Positions 31,616 through 41,195 of a stretch of 64,000 nt of DNA are shown here, in pieces. The notes under the pieces were generated by a model. It did not search any database. It saw only the letters and a list, made by a program, of their open reading frames with translations, and was not told the DNA's origin. Source of the DNA: Alphaproteobacteria bacterium (GTDB lineage: Bacteria; Pseudomonadota; Alphaproteobacteria; CBDDJK01); contig OZ245892.1 of assembly GCA_965229605.1 (NCBI GenBank), positions 1,608,102 to 1,672,101 of the forward strand. The letters run 5' to 3'. Each line of letters starts with the position of its first letter. Position 1 is the first letter of the stretch. The position numbers and the translations under genes were made by a program.

Positions 31616-32575
31616 ATGTGCGGAATTGCAGGACGGATCCTCAATAGTCCCGGTAAAGCAGGTCAGGGCAAGGTGGGCCATGACCTGGTTGAATTGATGG
31701 ATGCGCAGGAGCATCGCGGTGCAGACAGCACCGGCTTTGCCATTTACGGTCCGGTGCGCGAGAGCGGTTATGTGCTGCGCGGGATGGGTTTTGCGAAGTC
31801 TTTGATGGAGTCGGACCTTGATGATTTCAAGCATGTCCTTCGCGACCATGGTTCGGACTTTCTTTCGGAGCCCGAGATTCTGGTTGATGAGAACAAACAC
31901 TATTGCTTTCGGATGGAGATTTCTGATCCAAGGAATTTGGCGGGCTGGATTGAGGATGCAGATACTTTGAGCCATCGGATCGAGGTGCAAAGTTGCGGCA
32001 GAAGCTTGGAGATCATCAAGGATATTGGCGGGGCCCGGCAGGTGGCAGACAAACATGGCGTGCGCGAGATGACGGGGACTCACGGGCTTGGACATGCCAG
32101 GCTTGCGACTGAAAGTTCGGTGCTTCCCAATGCGTCGCATCCTTTCTGGGCGAGGCCTTTTTCGGATGTTGCCATCGTTCACAACGGCCAGATAACTGAT
32201 TATTTTACCTGGCGGGAAAAGCTGGAAAGAGCGGGCTATCGTTTCTTGACGGCCAATGATTCAGAGTTGATAGCGGTGTGGGTTTCCGACCAGATGAAGG
32301 CGGGTTTGACCATGGAGCAGGCGCTTAAAAAGTCGATCACGTCGATTGACGGCGTGTTCACCTATATGATTGCGACGACGCAGGGGATTGGCTTTGCAAA
32401 GGACCGTTTTGCGATGAAGCCTCTTGTGGCTATTGACCGGGACGGCGATCTTTCCATGGCGACCGAGGAGCAAGCCGTCCGGCGCATAATCAACGAAGAG
32501 GCAGAGGTAATCAACTATGACGGCCCGTCGCTTACTGGCCTGTGGAGCATTGGAGACTGGAGGCTTGCCGCATGA
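31616..32575 (+). CDS. class II (Ntn) glutamine amidotransferase-like protein (GlxB / MgsA-like)
   Basis: The start MCGIAG has the N-terminal nucleophile Cys. At about 320 aa it is the first of a GlxBCD-like trio. An AAGGAG RBS precedes it. Confidence 0.7.
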   Translation: MCGIAGRILNSPGKAGQGKVGHDLVELMDAQEHRGADSTGFAIYGPVRESGYVLRGMGFAKSLMESDLDDFKHVLRDHGSDFLSEPEILVDENKHYCFRMEISDPRNLAGWIEDADTLSHRIEVQSCGRSLEIIKDIGGARQVADKHGVREMTGTHGLGHARLATESSVLPNASHPFWARPFSDVAIVHNGQITDYFTWREKLERAGYRFLTANDSELIAVWVSDQMKAGLTMEQALKKSITSIDGVFTYMIATTQGIGFAKDRFAMKPLVAIDRDGDLSMATEEQAVRRIINEEAEVINYDGPSLTGLWSIGDWRLAA

Positions 32576-33264
32576 GTAAAGTGGTTATTGACATTGGCAA
32601 TCGCCCGGTCAGGCAAGTCAATGAAGAGATCCTTGAGGCGGTATCTGGGGGGCAGGAAGTCCGGGTTGTGAATACTTTGTCCCGGCATAATCTGGGCGTA
32701 GGCTTGCCGGACAAGGCCAGGATCAGTTTTGAGGGATCGGTTGGCTATTATTGTGGAGGCCTGAATACAGGGGCTGAAATTTCGATAGAGCGCAACTGCG
32801 GGTGGGCGGTTGGCGAGGGGATGTCGAAGGGTCATATCACGGTTGGCGGGCGTGCTGGCATGTCGTGCGGTGCGGCGATGATGGGGGGGACAATCCACGT
32901 TAAGGGGGATACGGGTCCGCGCTGTGGTGTTGCGATGAAAGGCGGGAATATAATTGTTGAAGGCAAGATAGGCTACCAGTCGGGTTTTATGGCACATTCG
33001 GGCAAGATCATTGCGCTTGGCGGCGGCGGAGAAAGCTGCGCCGATGCGCTGTGGCAAGGTGAAGTCTGGGTTGCTGGCGAGGTAGAGAGCTTTGGCGTTG
33101 ATGTTAATGTGGTTGAGCCGACTGCAGAGGAGGTGGCCGAGGTTGATGCACTTCTGGAGCCACTTGGCCTGGTTGACAGCCGTCGTAACTGGCGCAAACT
33201 GGTTTCGGCACAGAGGCTTTGGTATTTTGAATCGAGGGATGCAAGCGCATGGCTGATGATCTGA
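32572..33264 (+). CDS. GXGXG-motif protein (glutamate synthase alpha C-terminal-domain-like; GlxC / MgsB-like)
   Basis: It contains repeated G-x-G motifs (…VGGRAGMSCGAAMMGGTIHVKGDTGPRCGVAMKGGNIIVEGKIG…). The ATG overlaps the upstream stop (ATGA). Confidence 0.7.
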   Translation: MSKVVIDIGNRPVRQVNEEILEAVSGGQEVRVVNTLSRHNLGVGLPDKARISFEGSVGYYCGGLNTGAEISIERNCGWAVGEGMSKGHITVGGRAGMSCGAAMMGGTIHVKGDTGPRCGVAMKGGNIIVEGKIGYQSGFMAHSGKIIALGGGGESCADALWQGEVWVAGEVESFGVDVNVVEPTAEEVAEVDALLEPLGLVDSRRNWRKLVSAQRLWYFESRDASAWLMI

Positions 33265-34679
33265 AAAAATCTTATGACTATCCCTTTGAGTTACCGGATG
33301 AGGAAGAAATCCGCTTTAATGATGCTGGGGCCATTGAAGGCCGTCCGGCAGGTGTTCCAAGTTCGTATGATGAAGGGGGCTCGACCCGCTGGACGCCGGA
33401 GGCAATATCCGAAGTCCATGCGCTGGCACAGCTTGGCCGTTATCAGGTGCGCGGTTACAATACGTTCAATAAAAGGATGCCGACCTTTGATGACCTGACG
33501 TTCGTTCCGGCAACCATGACACGCTTGCCGCTGGAAGGATACCGGGAAAGCTGCGACACCACGACCATTCTGGGAGGCGGTCGCGGACCGGATGTGGTGG
33601 CAAGGCCGCTTGAATTGAAAATACCGATCTATATCGCCTCTATGTCCTTTGGCGCATTGTCGGCCTCGGCAAAGGCGTCACTTGGCTTTGGCGCCTCGAA
33701 AGTCGGCACGATGACCTGTACGGGCGAAGGCGGCATGCTGGAAGAAGAGCGTGAAGCGTCACAAAAACTGGTCTATCAGATGTCACCTGCCCGCTATGGC
33801 ATTGACCTTGATCACCTTAGAAGGGCCGATGGTCTTGAAATCGTTGTCGGACAAGGGGCCAAGCCGGGGACAGGCGGCTTATTGCTTGGCATGAAGGTCA
33901 GTCCCCGTGTCTCGCAGATGCGCACTTTGCCAGAAGGCGTAGACCAACGCTCGACAATTCGACATCCTGATTTCCTGGGTGCCGATGATCTTTCTGTCAA
34001 AATTGAAGAACTTCGGATCGCGACAAATTATCAGGTGCCGATTTCCCTCAAGATGGGCGCGACACGTCCACGCTATGATGTGGCGATTGCTGCCAAGGCC
34101 GGGGCAGATATTATCGTTGTCGACGGGGCCGAGGGGGGAACCGGAGCCTCACCAGAATTATTACTCAATCACACAGGCATTCCCAATATGAGTGCTATTC
34201 GGGCCGCACGCGAAAGCCTTGATGAATGTGGCATGTCCGGCAAGGTCAGCCTTGTGGCTGCGGGCGGTATTCGCTCGGGCGTTGATGCAGCCAAATGTCT
34301 GGCTCTGGGGGCTGATGCTGTGATGATTGGCAATGCCGCAATGATCGCCATGGGCTGTAACTCCCCCCGCTATATTGAGGATTATAAGAAACTCGGCACC
34401 TCGCCGGGGGCCTGTCATCATTGTCATACCGGCATGTGTCCGGTCGGGGTGGCAACTCAGGACCCTGAACTGGAGAAACGCATGAATCCAAAAGCGGGGG
34501 CAGAGCGTGTGGCGCGTTATTTGACAGCGATGACGATGGAAATCACGGCGCTGGCCAAAGCCTGCGGGAAATCATCGGTCCATAATCTTGAAGTTGAGGA
34601 TCTTCGCGCCTTGAGTTTTGAGGCTTCTGCCTTTACCGGGGTGAAGATGGCAGGCATTGATCGAGCCTTTGAGTGGTGA
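33249..34679 (+). CDS. FMN-binding glutamate synthase domain-2 family protein (GlxD / MgsC-like)
   Basis: The protein is 476 aa; …IVVGQGAKPGTGGLLLGMKVS… is a GltB domain-2 signature. It overlaps the upstream gene by 16 nt. Confidence 0.75.
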   Translation: MADDLKKSYDYPFELPDEEEIRFNDAGAIEGRPAGVPSSYDEGGSTRWTPEAISEVHALAQLGRYQVRGYNTFNKRMPTFDDLTFVPATMTRLPLEGYRESCDTTTILGGGRGPDVVARPLELKIPIYIASMSFGALSASAKASLGFGASKVGTMTCTGEGGMLEEEREASQKLVYQMSPARYGIDLDHLRRADGLEIVVGQGAKPGTGGLLLGMKVSPRVSQMRTLPEGVDQRSTIRHPDFLGADDLSVKIEELRIATNYQVPISLKMGATRPRYDVAIAAKAGADIIVVDGAEGGTGASPELLLNHTGIPNMSAIRAARESLDECGMSGKVSLVAAGGIRSGVDAAKCLALGADAVMIGNAAMIAMGCNSPRYIEDYKKLGTSPGACHHCHTGMCPVGVATQDPELEKRMNPKAGAERVARYLTAMTMEITALAKACGKSSVHNLEVEDLRALSFEASAFTGVKMAGIDRAFEW

Positions 34680-34686
34680 TCAAATC

Positions 34687-35379
34687 ATGAAAATTGCTGT
34701 CCTTGATCTGACAACCCATCCCGAGAAATATTTAGGTGGCCTGCCCCGGATTTACACGCAGATTGACCGCTGGCTTTCGCCCTGTCTGCCGGAGGCTGAA
34801 TTGGTGGCCTATGATATTGCGGAAGGCGGTCAAAAACTTCCTTCAACCGCCGACTTTGACGGGCTTGTGGTGAGCGGTTCTGAACTTGGAGTCTATGATG
34901 AAGCGGTCTGGATGCAGCCGCTTCGACGATTATTAAAAGATGCAAAAGCAGCCAAAAAGCCTGTATTCGGCATTTGTTTTGGTCATCAGATCATGGCAGA
35001 CACCTTTGGCGGAAAAGCAGAAAAGGCAGAAGTGGGCAGCCAGCTGGGCGCAAGGTCATTCACAGATTCAAACGGCAGTAAAATTGATGCCTATGTCTGG
35101 CATCAGGATCAGGTGACAAAAGTGCCACCGGGGGCCAGCGTTGTTGCCTCTGCCAGCTATTGTCCAGTCGCCGCCCTTGACTATGATTTTCCGGCAATGT
35201 CTGTTCAGTTTCACCCTGAATATAGCGAAACTCACCTTCGGGAGCTTTATGACCGGCTCCCTGAAACCATCCTCTCTGAGGAATCGCGCAAGAAAGCCGT
35301 GGAGTCTTTTAAAGGGGTCACCGTTCCCGCTGATCTTCATGCGCAGGAAGTCGCGGCTTTTTTCAGAAAACATATCTAG
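34687..35379 (+). CDS. class I glutamine amidotransferase-like protein (PuuD/IpuF-like gamma-glutamyl-amide hydrolase candidate)
   Basis: …KPVFGICFGHQIMAD… contains the Cys nucleophile of the GATase1 / peptidase C26 fold, and a C-terminal His/Glu region follows. Confidence 0.6.
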   Translation: MKIAVLDLTTHPEKYLGGLPRIYTQIDRWLSPCLPEAELVAYDIAEGGQKLPSTADFDGLVVSGSELGVYDEAVWMQPLRRLLKDAKAAKKPVFGICFGHQIMADTFGGKAEKAEVGSQLGARSFTDSNGSKIDAYVWHQDQVTKVPPGASVVASASYCPVAALDYDFPAMSVQFHPEYSETHLRELYDRLPETILSEESRKKAVESFKGVTVPADLHAQEVAAFFRKHI

Positions 35380-35388
35380 GATCAGGAG

Positions 35389-36531
35389 CTAACGACCGCT
35401 TGGACTTTCCTTCGGGCTTAATTTGCGGCGACCCTTCACCTTGAAACGCTCCGCCGTGCCATAATCTTTCAGCGCGACACCGGCCACAAAATCGCCGAAC
35501 ACTGGACCATGTTTGAACAGATGCCCGGAGCATCCACCCGCAAACAGAACATTTTTATGCTCAGGATGCCAGTCAACAATGAAATGTGTGTCCGGGGTCA
35601 GGATCACCTGATTAAACTTGGAATCAACCACGCGCTGGCCAATCAGACCCGGCAAACGATGCTGGATATAGCTTCTGGTTTTGTTAAGCGCGTTCTTTTC
35701 AATCAAACGCTCGTCATTATTGATATCAATCGGCGTATGGGGAATGACAACCGCTGCCTTGACCCCCGACCCTTCTGATGACGGAATACCAAAGGACCCC
35801 TGCCCGTGATCAATCCAGCACGGCATATTTTCCATATCAAACTGGTCTGACCCGTCCGGCGTTGACGTATAAAGAACATTAATGCCCATGATAACTGAAA
35901 TTGGCGCGATGGTTTTACGAAACATTTCTGCCATCCAGGCCCCGGTTGCAATCACGATGATATCGGCTTCAAGGGGTTTGCCATCCAGCATCGGGCGTTC
36001 GTTCACATCGGTGGTGACGGTGCCGCGCAGGACCTTTCCACCCTCTTTCTTAAAAAGCGCAAGCGTGGTTATGACACAGCGATGCGCCATCAAAAGTCCC
36101 GCCTCCGGCTCAAACAGCGCATATTGAATTTCATCAACCTTGAACTGAGGAAACCGCGCACGGATATCGGCCTGCGAAAACCGGTAATAGGGGACTCCAA
36201 CCTTGTCAAACGTCTGCGAGGTTGCATCCTCCCAGTCGCAATGCCCCCCGGTCGCAAGGATCAGGGCCCCGCATTCATACATCAGGTTCTGGCCGGTTTC
36301 GGCCTGCAATTCCAGCCAGCGAGACCGGCTTTCACGCGCCCAGCGTGTGTAGAATTCATCGCGCCCGGAAATCGCCCGGATAACCCGGTTATAGTCGCTG
36401 GAGGCGGCTCTTGCATGGCCGGGCTCCCAACGGTCGATCAAGGTCACCTGCGCGCCCCGGCGCTGAAGATGAAGGGCCGTCATGGTGCCAGCAATGCCGC
36501 CACCGACAACATAAACTTTTTCTCTTAGCAT
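35389..36531 (-). CDS. FAD-dependent oxidoreductase (DadA / PuuB / sarcosine-oxidase-beta family)
   Basis: The start MLREKVYVVGGGIAGTMTALHL gives a GxGxxG dinucleotide fold. The longer ORF to 36597 reads through the operator palindrome and I rejected it. Confidence 0.7.
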   Translation of the reverse strand: MLREKVYVVGGGIAGTMTALHLQRRGAQVTLIDRWEPGHARAASSDYNRVIRAISGRDEFYTRWARESRSRWLELQAETGQNLMYECGALILATGGHCDWEDATSQTFDKVGVPYYRFSQADIRARFPQFKVDEIQYALFEPEAGLLMAHRCVITTLALFKKEGGKVLRGTVTTDVNERPMLDGKPLEADIIVIATGAWMAEMFRKTIAPISVIMGINVLYTSTPDGSDQFDMENMPCWIDHGQGSFGIPSSEGSGVKAAVVIPHTPIDINNDERLIEKNALNKTRSYIQHRLPGLIGQRVVDSKFNQVILTPDTHFIVDWHPEHKNVLFAGGCSGHLFKHGPVFGDFVAGVALKDYGTAERFKVKGRRKLSPKESPSGR

Positions 36532-36549
36532 GCTAAAATCACCCTTGCC

Positions 36550-36577
36550 GTATACTGTATAATTGTATACAGTATAC
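36550..36577. promoter_or_regulatory. inverted repeat GTATACTGTATA-ATTG-TATACAGTATAC, the same operator motif, between the FAD oxidoreductase (-) and the GS-like/BMC operon (+)
   Basis: The 12-bp arms are reverse complements of each other and share ACTGTATAC with the 31580 site. A weaker copy, cgtatacagtatcc, lies at 31517-31530. Confidence 0.55.
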
Positions 36578-36684
36578 AAAATGCAGCTTATTGGCAAGCC
36601 CTGTGCCAGAGTATAATAAAGAGATGATAGCGCATAATAAAGGCATCATAGGGCGCAATAACGAGCTAAAAAGGGAGGACTAAC

Positions 36685-37992
36685 ATGCCAGATCAAGATT
36701 TTTCACTGCCAGAAGGGACACATACCGTTGTTCTGGGTTTAGGCGATCTTAACGGGATCATGCGCGGCAAGCGCATACCTTCAAGCCATTGGGACACCAT
36801 CTGCAAAAACGGCAATGCCTTGTCTATTGCGCTTTTTGCATTGGATATGACGTGTGATGTCTGGGATACGCCCTATGTCAATTTTGATAACGGCTATCCT
36901 GACATGCATATGTTCCCGTCAACCAAGCCGATTGCGCTGCCCTGGGAGCCCGGGGTTGCCATGGCATTTGCCCGCGTTGAGGGCATGGACCATAAGCCTG
37001 TTCCGATTGACCCGCGCAATGCGCTTGTTTCTCAGGTGGAGCGTGCAGAAAAGATGGGATTTACGCTTCAGGTCGGGACCGAGCTGGAGTTTCATCTGCT
37101 TGACCCGGAAACGCTGGAGCCAAGAGATCAGGGCATTCAGGTGTACGGTCTGGAACGGGCAGCCGAGCTTGAGCATGTTCTTGGCCCCATCAGACGCCAG
37201 ATCAACGAATGCGGGATTCCGATTGAACAATCGAACCCGGAATATGCGCCGGGCCAGGTTGAGGTGAATATCCGCTATGCGGATGCGCTGCTTGCGGCTG
37301 ACCGGGTTGTGATGTTCCGCACGCTGGTCAAGCAGTTGGCGGCTGCCCATGGCTACAAGGCGACATTTATGGCCAAACCGTTTTTTGAACATTCCGGCAA
37401 TGGTTTCCATGCCCATTATTCTCTCTGGAAAGACGGCAAGAATACTTTTGCCAATGGGGGGAAGCTGAGCGACACGGGTCGTCATTTCCTTGGTGGTATG
37501 CAAAGCCGGATGGCTGAAAATGCGGTCTGTGGCTCTGCCACGGTCAATGGCTATCGCCGCCGCCAGCCTTTCAGTTTCTGCCCGATTAACACAAGCTGGG
37601 GCATCGACAACCGCACGGTCGGCCTGCGCGTGATTGAAGGCAGTGACAGTGCGGTGCGGGTTGAAAAGCGTGATGCGGGGGCGGATTGCAATCCCTATTA
37701 TCTGCTGGCAGCCGATATTGCTGCGGGTCTTGATGGCATAGAGAAATCTATCGAGCCCGGCCCGATATGTGAAGGCAACGGGTATGAACTGGAAGATGAA
37801 CCGCCGATTCCGACTGATCTTGGCACGGCCATCAAGCTGGCCCGGGAGTCGGACTGGTTAAAGAATGTGATGGGCGAGATGCGCTGGGAGCTTTACCTGC
37901 AACAAAGTGAAAGGGAGCTGGCGTTTTTCAACGATTATCTTGCCAATCAGGTGACATCGCATGAGCGCGCGCGGTATTTGAGTAATTTCTGA
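36685..37992 (+). CDS. glutamine synthetase family protein (GmaS/PuuA-like gamma-glutamyl-amide synthetase candidate)
   Basis: The protein is 435 aa with a GS catalytic-domain region (…NPEYAPGQVEVNIRYADAL…FMAKPFFEHSGNGFHAHYSLW…). Its size matches GmaS-type GS-III-like enzymes. Confidence 0.8.
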   Translation: MPDQDFSLPEGTHTVVLGLGDLNGIMRGKRIPSSHWDTICKNGNALSIALFALDMTCDVWDTPYVNFDNGYPDMHMFPSTKPIALPWEPGVAMAFARVEGMDHKPVPIDPRNALVSQVERAEKMGFTLQVGTELEFHLLDPETLEPRDQGIQVYGLERAAELEHVLGPIRRQINECGIPIEQSNPEYAPGQVEVNIRYADALLAADRVVMFRTLVKQLAAAHGYKATFMAKPFFEHSGNGFHAHYSLWKDGKNTFANGGKLSDTGRHFLGGMQSRMAENAVCGSATVNGYRRRQPFSFCPINTSWGIDNRTVGLRVIEGSDSAVRVEKRDAGADCNPYYLLAADIAAGLDGIEKSIEPGPICEGNGYELEDEPPIPTDLGTAIKLARESDWLKNVMGEMRWELYLQQSERELAFFNDYLANQVTSHERARYLSNF

Positions 37993-38264
37993 TGAAGCTT
38001 GCGATTGTCACAGGAACGGTTACGGCAACGGCGAAAGACCCGCAGCTTGTGGGTCAGAAGCTGCTGGTTTGCGACTGCATTGATGCGTCGGGAAAGGTGA
38101 CGGAGCCTGCCCTGGTTGCAACCGATTCACTTGGTGCTGGTGTTGGCAACAAGGTCCTGGTTGTTACAGGCTCTGCTGCCAGAATGCTGAGCGGCACGTC
38201 TGGTGTGCCGGTGGATGCGGCGATATGCGGAATTATTGATCAGGTTGAAGTAAAATCTAAATAG
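37992..38264 (+). CDS. bacterial microcompartment vertex (pentamer) protein, EutN/CcmL/PduN family (BMC-P)
   Basis: [29 protein letters not shown]…[22 protein letters not shown] is the classic PF03319 pattern. The ATG overlaps the GS-like stop (TGATG). Confidence 0.85.
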   Translation: MKLAIVTGTVTATAKDPQLVGQKLLVCDCIDASGKVTEPALVATDSLGAGVGNKVLVVTGSAARMLSGTSGVPVDAAICGIIDQVEVKSK

Positions 38265-38284
38265 TTAACCAAAGGAGAAATAAA

Positions 38285-38581
38285 ATGGCTAAACCAACCC
38301 CCGGGCAAGCAGCCCTTGGTATGATTGAGACTCGCGGTCTTGTAGCTTCGATGGAAGCGGCGGATGCGATGGTGAAGGCTGCGAGTGTAAATATTGTGGC
38401 CCAGCATAGAGCGGGCGGCGGTCTTGTTGCGACGCTGGTGCGTGGAGAGGTCGGCGCGGTTAAAGCGGCGACTGATGCGGGCGCGACGGCTGCCAACAAG
38501 GTTGGCGAGGTTGTATCGGTTCATGTGATTGCCCGCCCGCATGACGAGCTTGAGGCGATTATAGACGGTCTTTCCGGCTAG
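38285..38581 (+). CDS. bacterial microcompartment shell hexamer protein, PduA/EutM/CcmK type (BMC-H)
   Basis: …[29 protein letters not shown]…[15 protein letters not shown]…[10 protein letters not shown] is the PF00936 signature. A strong AAGGAG RBS precedes it. Confidence 0.9.
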   Translation: MAKPTPGQAALGMIETRGLVASMEAADAMVKAASVNIVAQHRAGGGLVATLVRGEVGAVKAATDAGATAANKVGEVVSVHVIARPHDELEAIIDGLSG

Positions 38582-38613
38582 GCATCAAGTGACAAGCAAT
38601 CGCGGCCCCCATA

Positions 38614-39816
38614 ATGAGTTCGGGCATGAGTTCGGAATTTATTGAGTTTGCTGAAGCCGCCGCAGCGGGTCGGAAGGGCGCAGAAGCCGCTCCCCGGCTC
38701 AATTTGCAAAAAGTGGCTGTTTTGGGCGGGCAGGCTGATGCCCGGCTTTTTGCCGGACTTTGCCTTTCAGAAGGGGCAGAGGTCACGCTTTTTTCGGCTT
38801 ACGGCAGCGAGCTTTCTGCACTGCGTAGCGGGTCCGGTATAAGCCTGCGCGGAGCCGGACCGGTCGGGGTTTATCAGGTTGACCGCAAAGACAGCCCGTC
38901 GGTTCGCTTGACGGCCGAGCTTGATGTGGCGGTAAATGATGCGGACCTCATCTTTCTGACCGGCCCCATTCATAAACAGCGCACCTATGCGATGGTGCTG
39001 GCCGATCACCTTAAAGACGGTCAGGTGCTTGTCCTTTGCCCCGGCAGATCATTGGGGGCTTTAGAAACCGCCTGGATGCTGCGCATTGGGGGGTGTCGTG
39101 CGGACATTACCATTGTTGAAATTCAGGGACTTCCCTACTGGATTGCTCAGGAAGGGTCGGTGCTGCATTTAAGCGAACGCGGAAAGCTGCAAACTGCCAC
39201 CCTGCCCAGAAACCGCCCCGCTGTTGTTGAGGCACTCAACCGCTTCTTTCCTCATCTTCACCCCGTGGACAATGTGCTTGCATCAGGCTTTTCAGACGGC
39301 TCTGCACTGGTCGAATTTCCAGCCCTGCTTTTAGGTGGCCCGGCCATGGGGTCCGGTGCCTTGAAAATCCCGATGGGCGGAACACCACTTGAAGAGAACA
39401 CGAATTTTGCCAATCTGATTGGTTCTGAACAACGCACTTTAATTGAAAAGCTGGCAGCCGAACGCATCGCCGTTGCCGAAAGGTTCGGGGTGCGCATAAT
39501 GCCTGACGTTGATTCATGGATAGACTCATACGCCGGGGCCAGCAAAGGAAGCGGCTGCCGACCGGTGCCGGGTGCAGAAGAAGCAAAAGCGATTTTGCGG
39601 GATGGCGTGATCGGTTCACTGGTGCCTTTGATTTCTGCGGCAGAGCTTGCCGGGGTCGATGTTCCACTCACGCGCTCCATGGTCACAATCGCGTCAAACC
39701 TGTTGGGCGCAGATATCGCTTCTGCCGGGCGGCGGCTGGATACGATTGGCATTCGCGACAATGAACTGGACAGTGCCAGGCTGCGGATGGATGAAATTGC
39801 GACAGGAAATGCATAA
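38614..39816 (+). CDS. NAD(P)-binding opine-dehydrogenase-like / ApbA-N-like protein of unknown function
   Basis: The Rossmann N-terminus is KVAVLGGQADARLFAG, and the 400-aa size and pattern recall octopine/nopaline dehydrogenase-like proteins. The N-terminal SEFIEFAEAAAAGRKG looks like an amphipathic helix followed by a linker. Confidence 0.35.
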   Translation: MSSGMSSEFIEFAEAAAAGRKGAEAAPRLNLQKVAVLGGQADARLFAGLCLSEGAEVTLFSAYGSELSALRSGSGISLRGAGPVGVYQVDRKDSPSVRLTAELDVAVNDADLIFLTGPIHKQRTYAMVLADHLKDGQVLVLCPGRSLGALETAWMLRIGGCRADITIVEIQGLPYWIAQEGSVLHLSERGKLQTATLPRNRPAVVEALNRFFPHLHPVDNVLASGFSDGSALVEFPALLLGGPAMGSGALKIPMGGTPLEENTNFANLIGSEQRTLIEKLAAERIAVAERFGVRIMPDVDSWIDSYAGASKGSGCRPVPGAEEAKAILRDGVIGSLVPLISAAELAGVDVPLTRSMVTIASNLLGADIASAGRRLDTIGIRDNELDSARLRMDEIATGNA

Positions 39817-41195
39817 TGGATGCTGACCTGAAATCAATCGCTGCCGCCAGACATTGTGCGGAAACGGCTTTCCAGGCCTATCAGCAGTTTCTTGGGACAG
39901 AGGTATCGCAGGTTGATGCGATTGTTCAGGCCATGGCCGAGGCGATTGACCCGGAAGCCGCACGGCTTGGGAAAATGGCGGCAGATGAAACCGGCTACGG
40001 TAATGCCGAACATAAGCGGATCAAGGACCTGATGAATGCCAGAGGCACCGCAAGCTGGCTAAGAGAAGTTAAAACGCTGGGGCTTTTGTGGCGGGACGAT
40101 GCCACCAAAGTCGCTGCTTTTGGTGAACCGATGGGGGTTGTCGCCGCCTTGATTCCGGTGACCAACCCGACCTCGACCATCATCTTCAAGGTCTTGTCTG
40201 CGGTGAAGGCAGGCAATGCTATCGTCTGCGCCCCGCATCCACGTGCGGTGAAATGCGGAATTGAAGTCATTAAAATCATGTCCACCGTCGCAGAACAGAT
40301 GGGCGCCCCGAAAGGGCTTATCCAATGTCTGGATCAGGTAACCATTCAGGGCACAGCGGAACTCATGAGCCACCGCAGAACATCGGTTGTGATGGCAACC
40401 GGTGGACCCGCCATGGTGAAAGCGGCCTATTCAAGCGGCAAACCGACGCTGGCAGTGGGGGCAGGCAATGTGCCCTGTTATGTTCATAAATCCATGCGCG
40501 GTGAACTCGCAGAAGTCGCGGCACAGATCGTCGCGTCAAAATCATTCGACTATGGCACCGCTTGCGTGGCGGAACAGGCCGTCATTGCGGACCCTGAAAT
40601 CGCACGCGACCTGCGCCATGAACTCAAACTGGCCGGGGCTTATTTCTGCACGCCGGGCGAAGCGGACCGGCTGGCAAAAGTTATTTTCACCGGCAAACAG
40701 ACCATGGACCCTGCCCGTGTCGGTCAGTCTCCATTCGTGCTCGCCGAATGTGCAGGATTTTCCATCCCGCCAAAAACCACCTGTCTTGTCAGCAACGAAA
40801 CCGAAATTGGCTGGAACCGGCCTTTGTCTGCTGAAAAACTCAATCCGGTGCTGGCCTTCTATGAAGCCCGAGACGGTGATCATGGCGTCGAACTGGCGAA
40901 CAAAATTGCAAAATTCGGCGGGTGGGGACATTCATCTGTCGTCCATACGCATGATCCTCAAATTATTGCAAAATTTTCCCGTATTCCGACCGCCCGCGTG
41001 CTGGTCAATGTGCCCGCCCTTCATGGCGGGGCGGGCTATGCAACCGACCTGGAACCCTCCTTTATGCTGGGAACGGGGACCTGGTCCGGGTCCATGACAT
41101 CAGACAATGTCACCGCTTTGCACCTGATCAATATCAAACGGGTCGCCTATGGAAATCGACCCTGGCGAGACATTTATGAGGAGTACGGGGTTTGA
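39816..41195 (+). CDS. CoA-acylating aldehyde dehydrogenase (EutE/PduP family)
   Basis: The protein is 459 aa. …VVMATGGPAMVKAAYSSGKPTLAVGAGNVP… and the catalytic Cys context (…DYGTACVAEQAV…) are typical of BMC-associated acylating ALDH. The start overlaps the upstream stop (TAATG). Confidence 0.8.
   Translation: MDADLKSIAAARHCAETAFQAYQQFLGTEVSQVDAIVQAMAEAIDPEAARLGKMAADETGYGNAEHKRIKDLMNARGTASWLREVKTLGLLWRDDATKVAAFGEPMGVVAALIPVTNPTSTIIFKVLSAVKAGNAIVCAPHPRAVKCGIEVIKIMSTVAEQMGAPKGLIQCLDQVTIQGTAELMSHRRTSVVMATGGPAMVKAAYSSGKPTLAVGAGNVPCYVHKSMRGELAEVAAQIVASKSFDYGTACVAEQAVIADPEIARDLRHELKLAGAYFCTPGEADRLAKVIFTGKQTMDPARVGQSPFVLAECAGFSIPPKTTCLVSNETEIGWNRPLSAEKLNPVLAFYEARDGDHGVELANKIAKFGGWGHSSVVHTHDPQIIAKFSRIPTARVLVNVPALHGGAGYATDLEPSFMLGTGTWSGSMTSDNVTALHLINIKRVAYGNRPWRDIYEEYGV

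Noticed and set aside
35389-36597. Full-length 402-aa version of the FAD oxidoreductase ORF
   Set aside because: Its first 22 codons (MPISCILYTVYNYTVYGKGDFS) are a translation of the operator palindrome. The GxGxxG N-terminus expected for this family starts at the internal Met, with start coordinate 36531.
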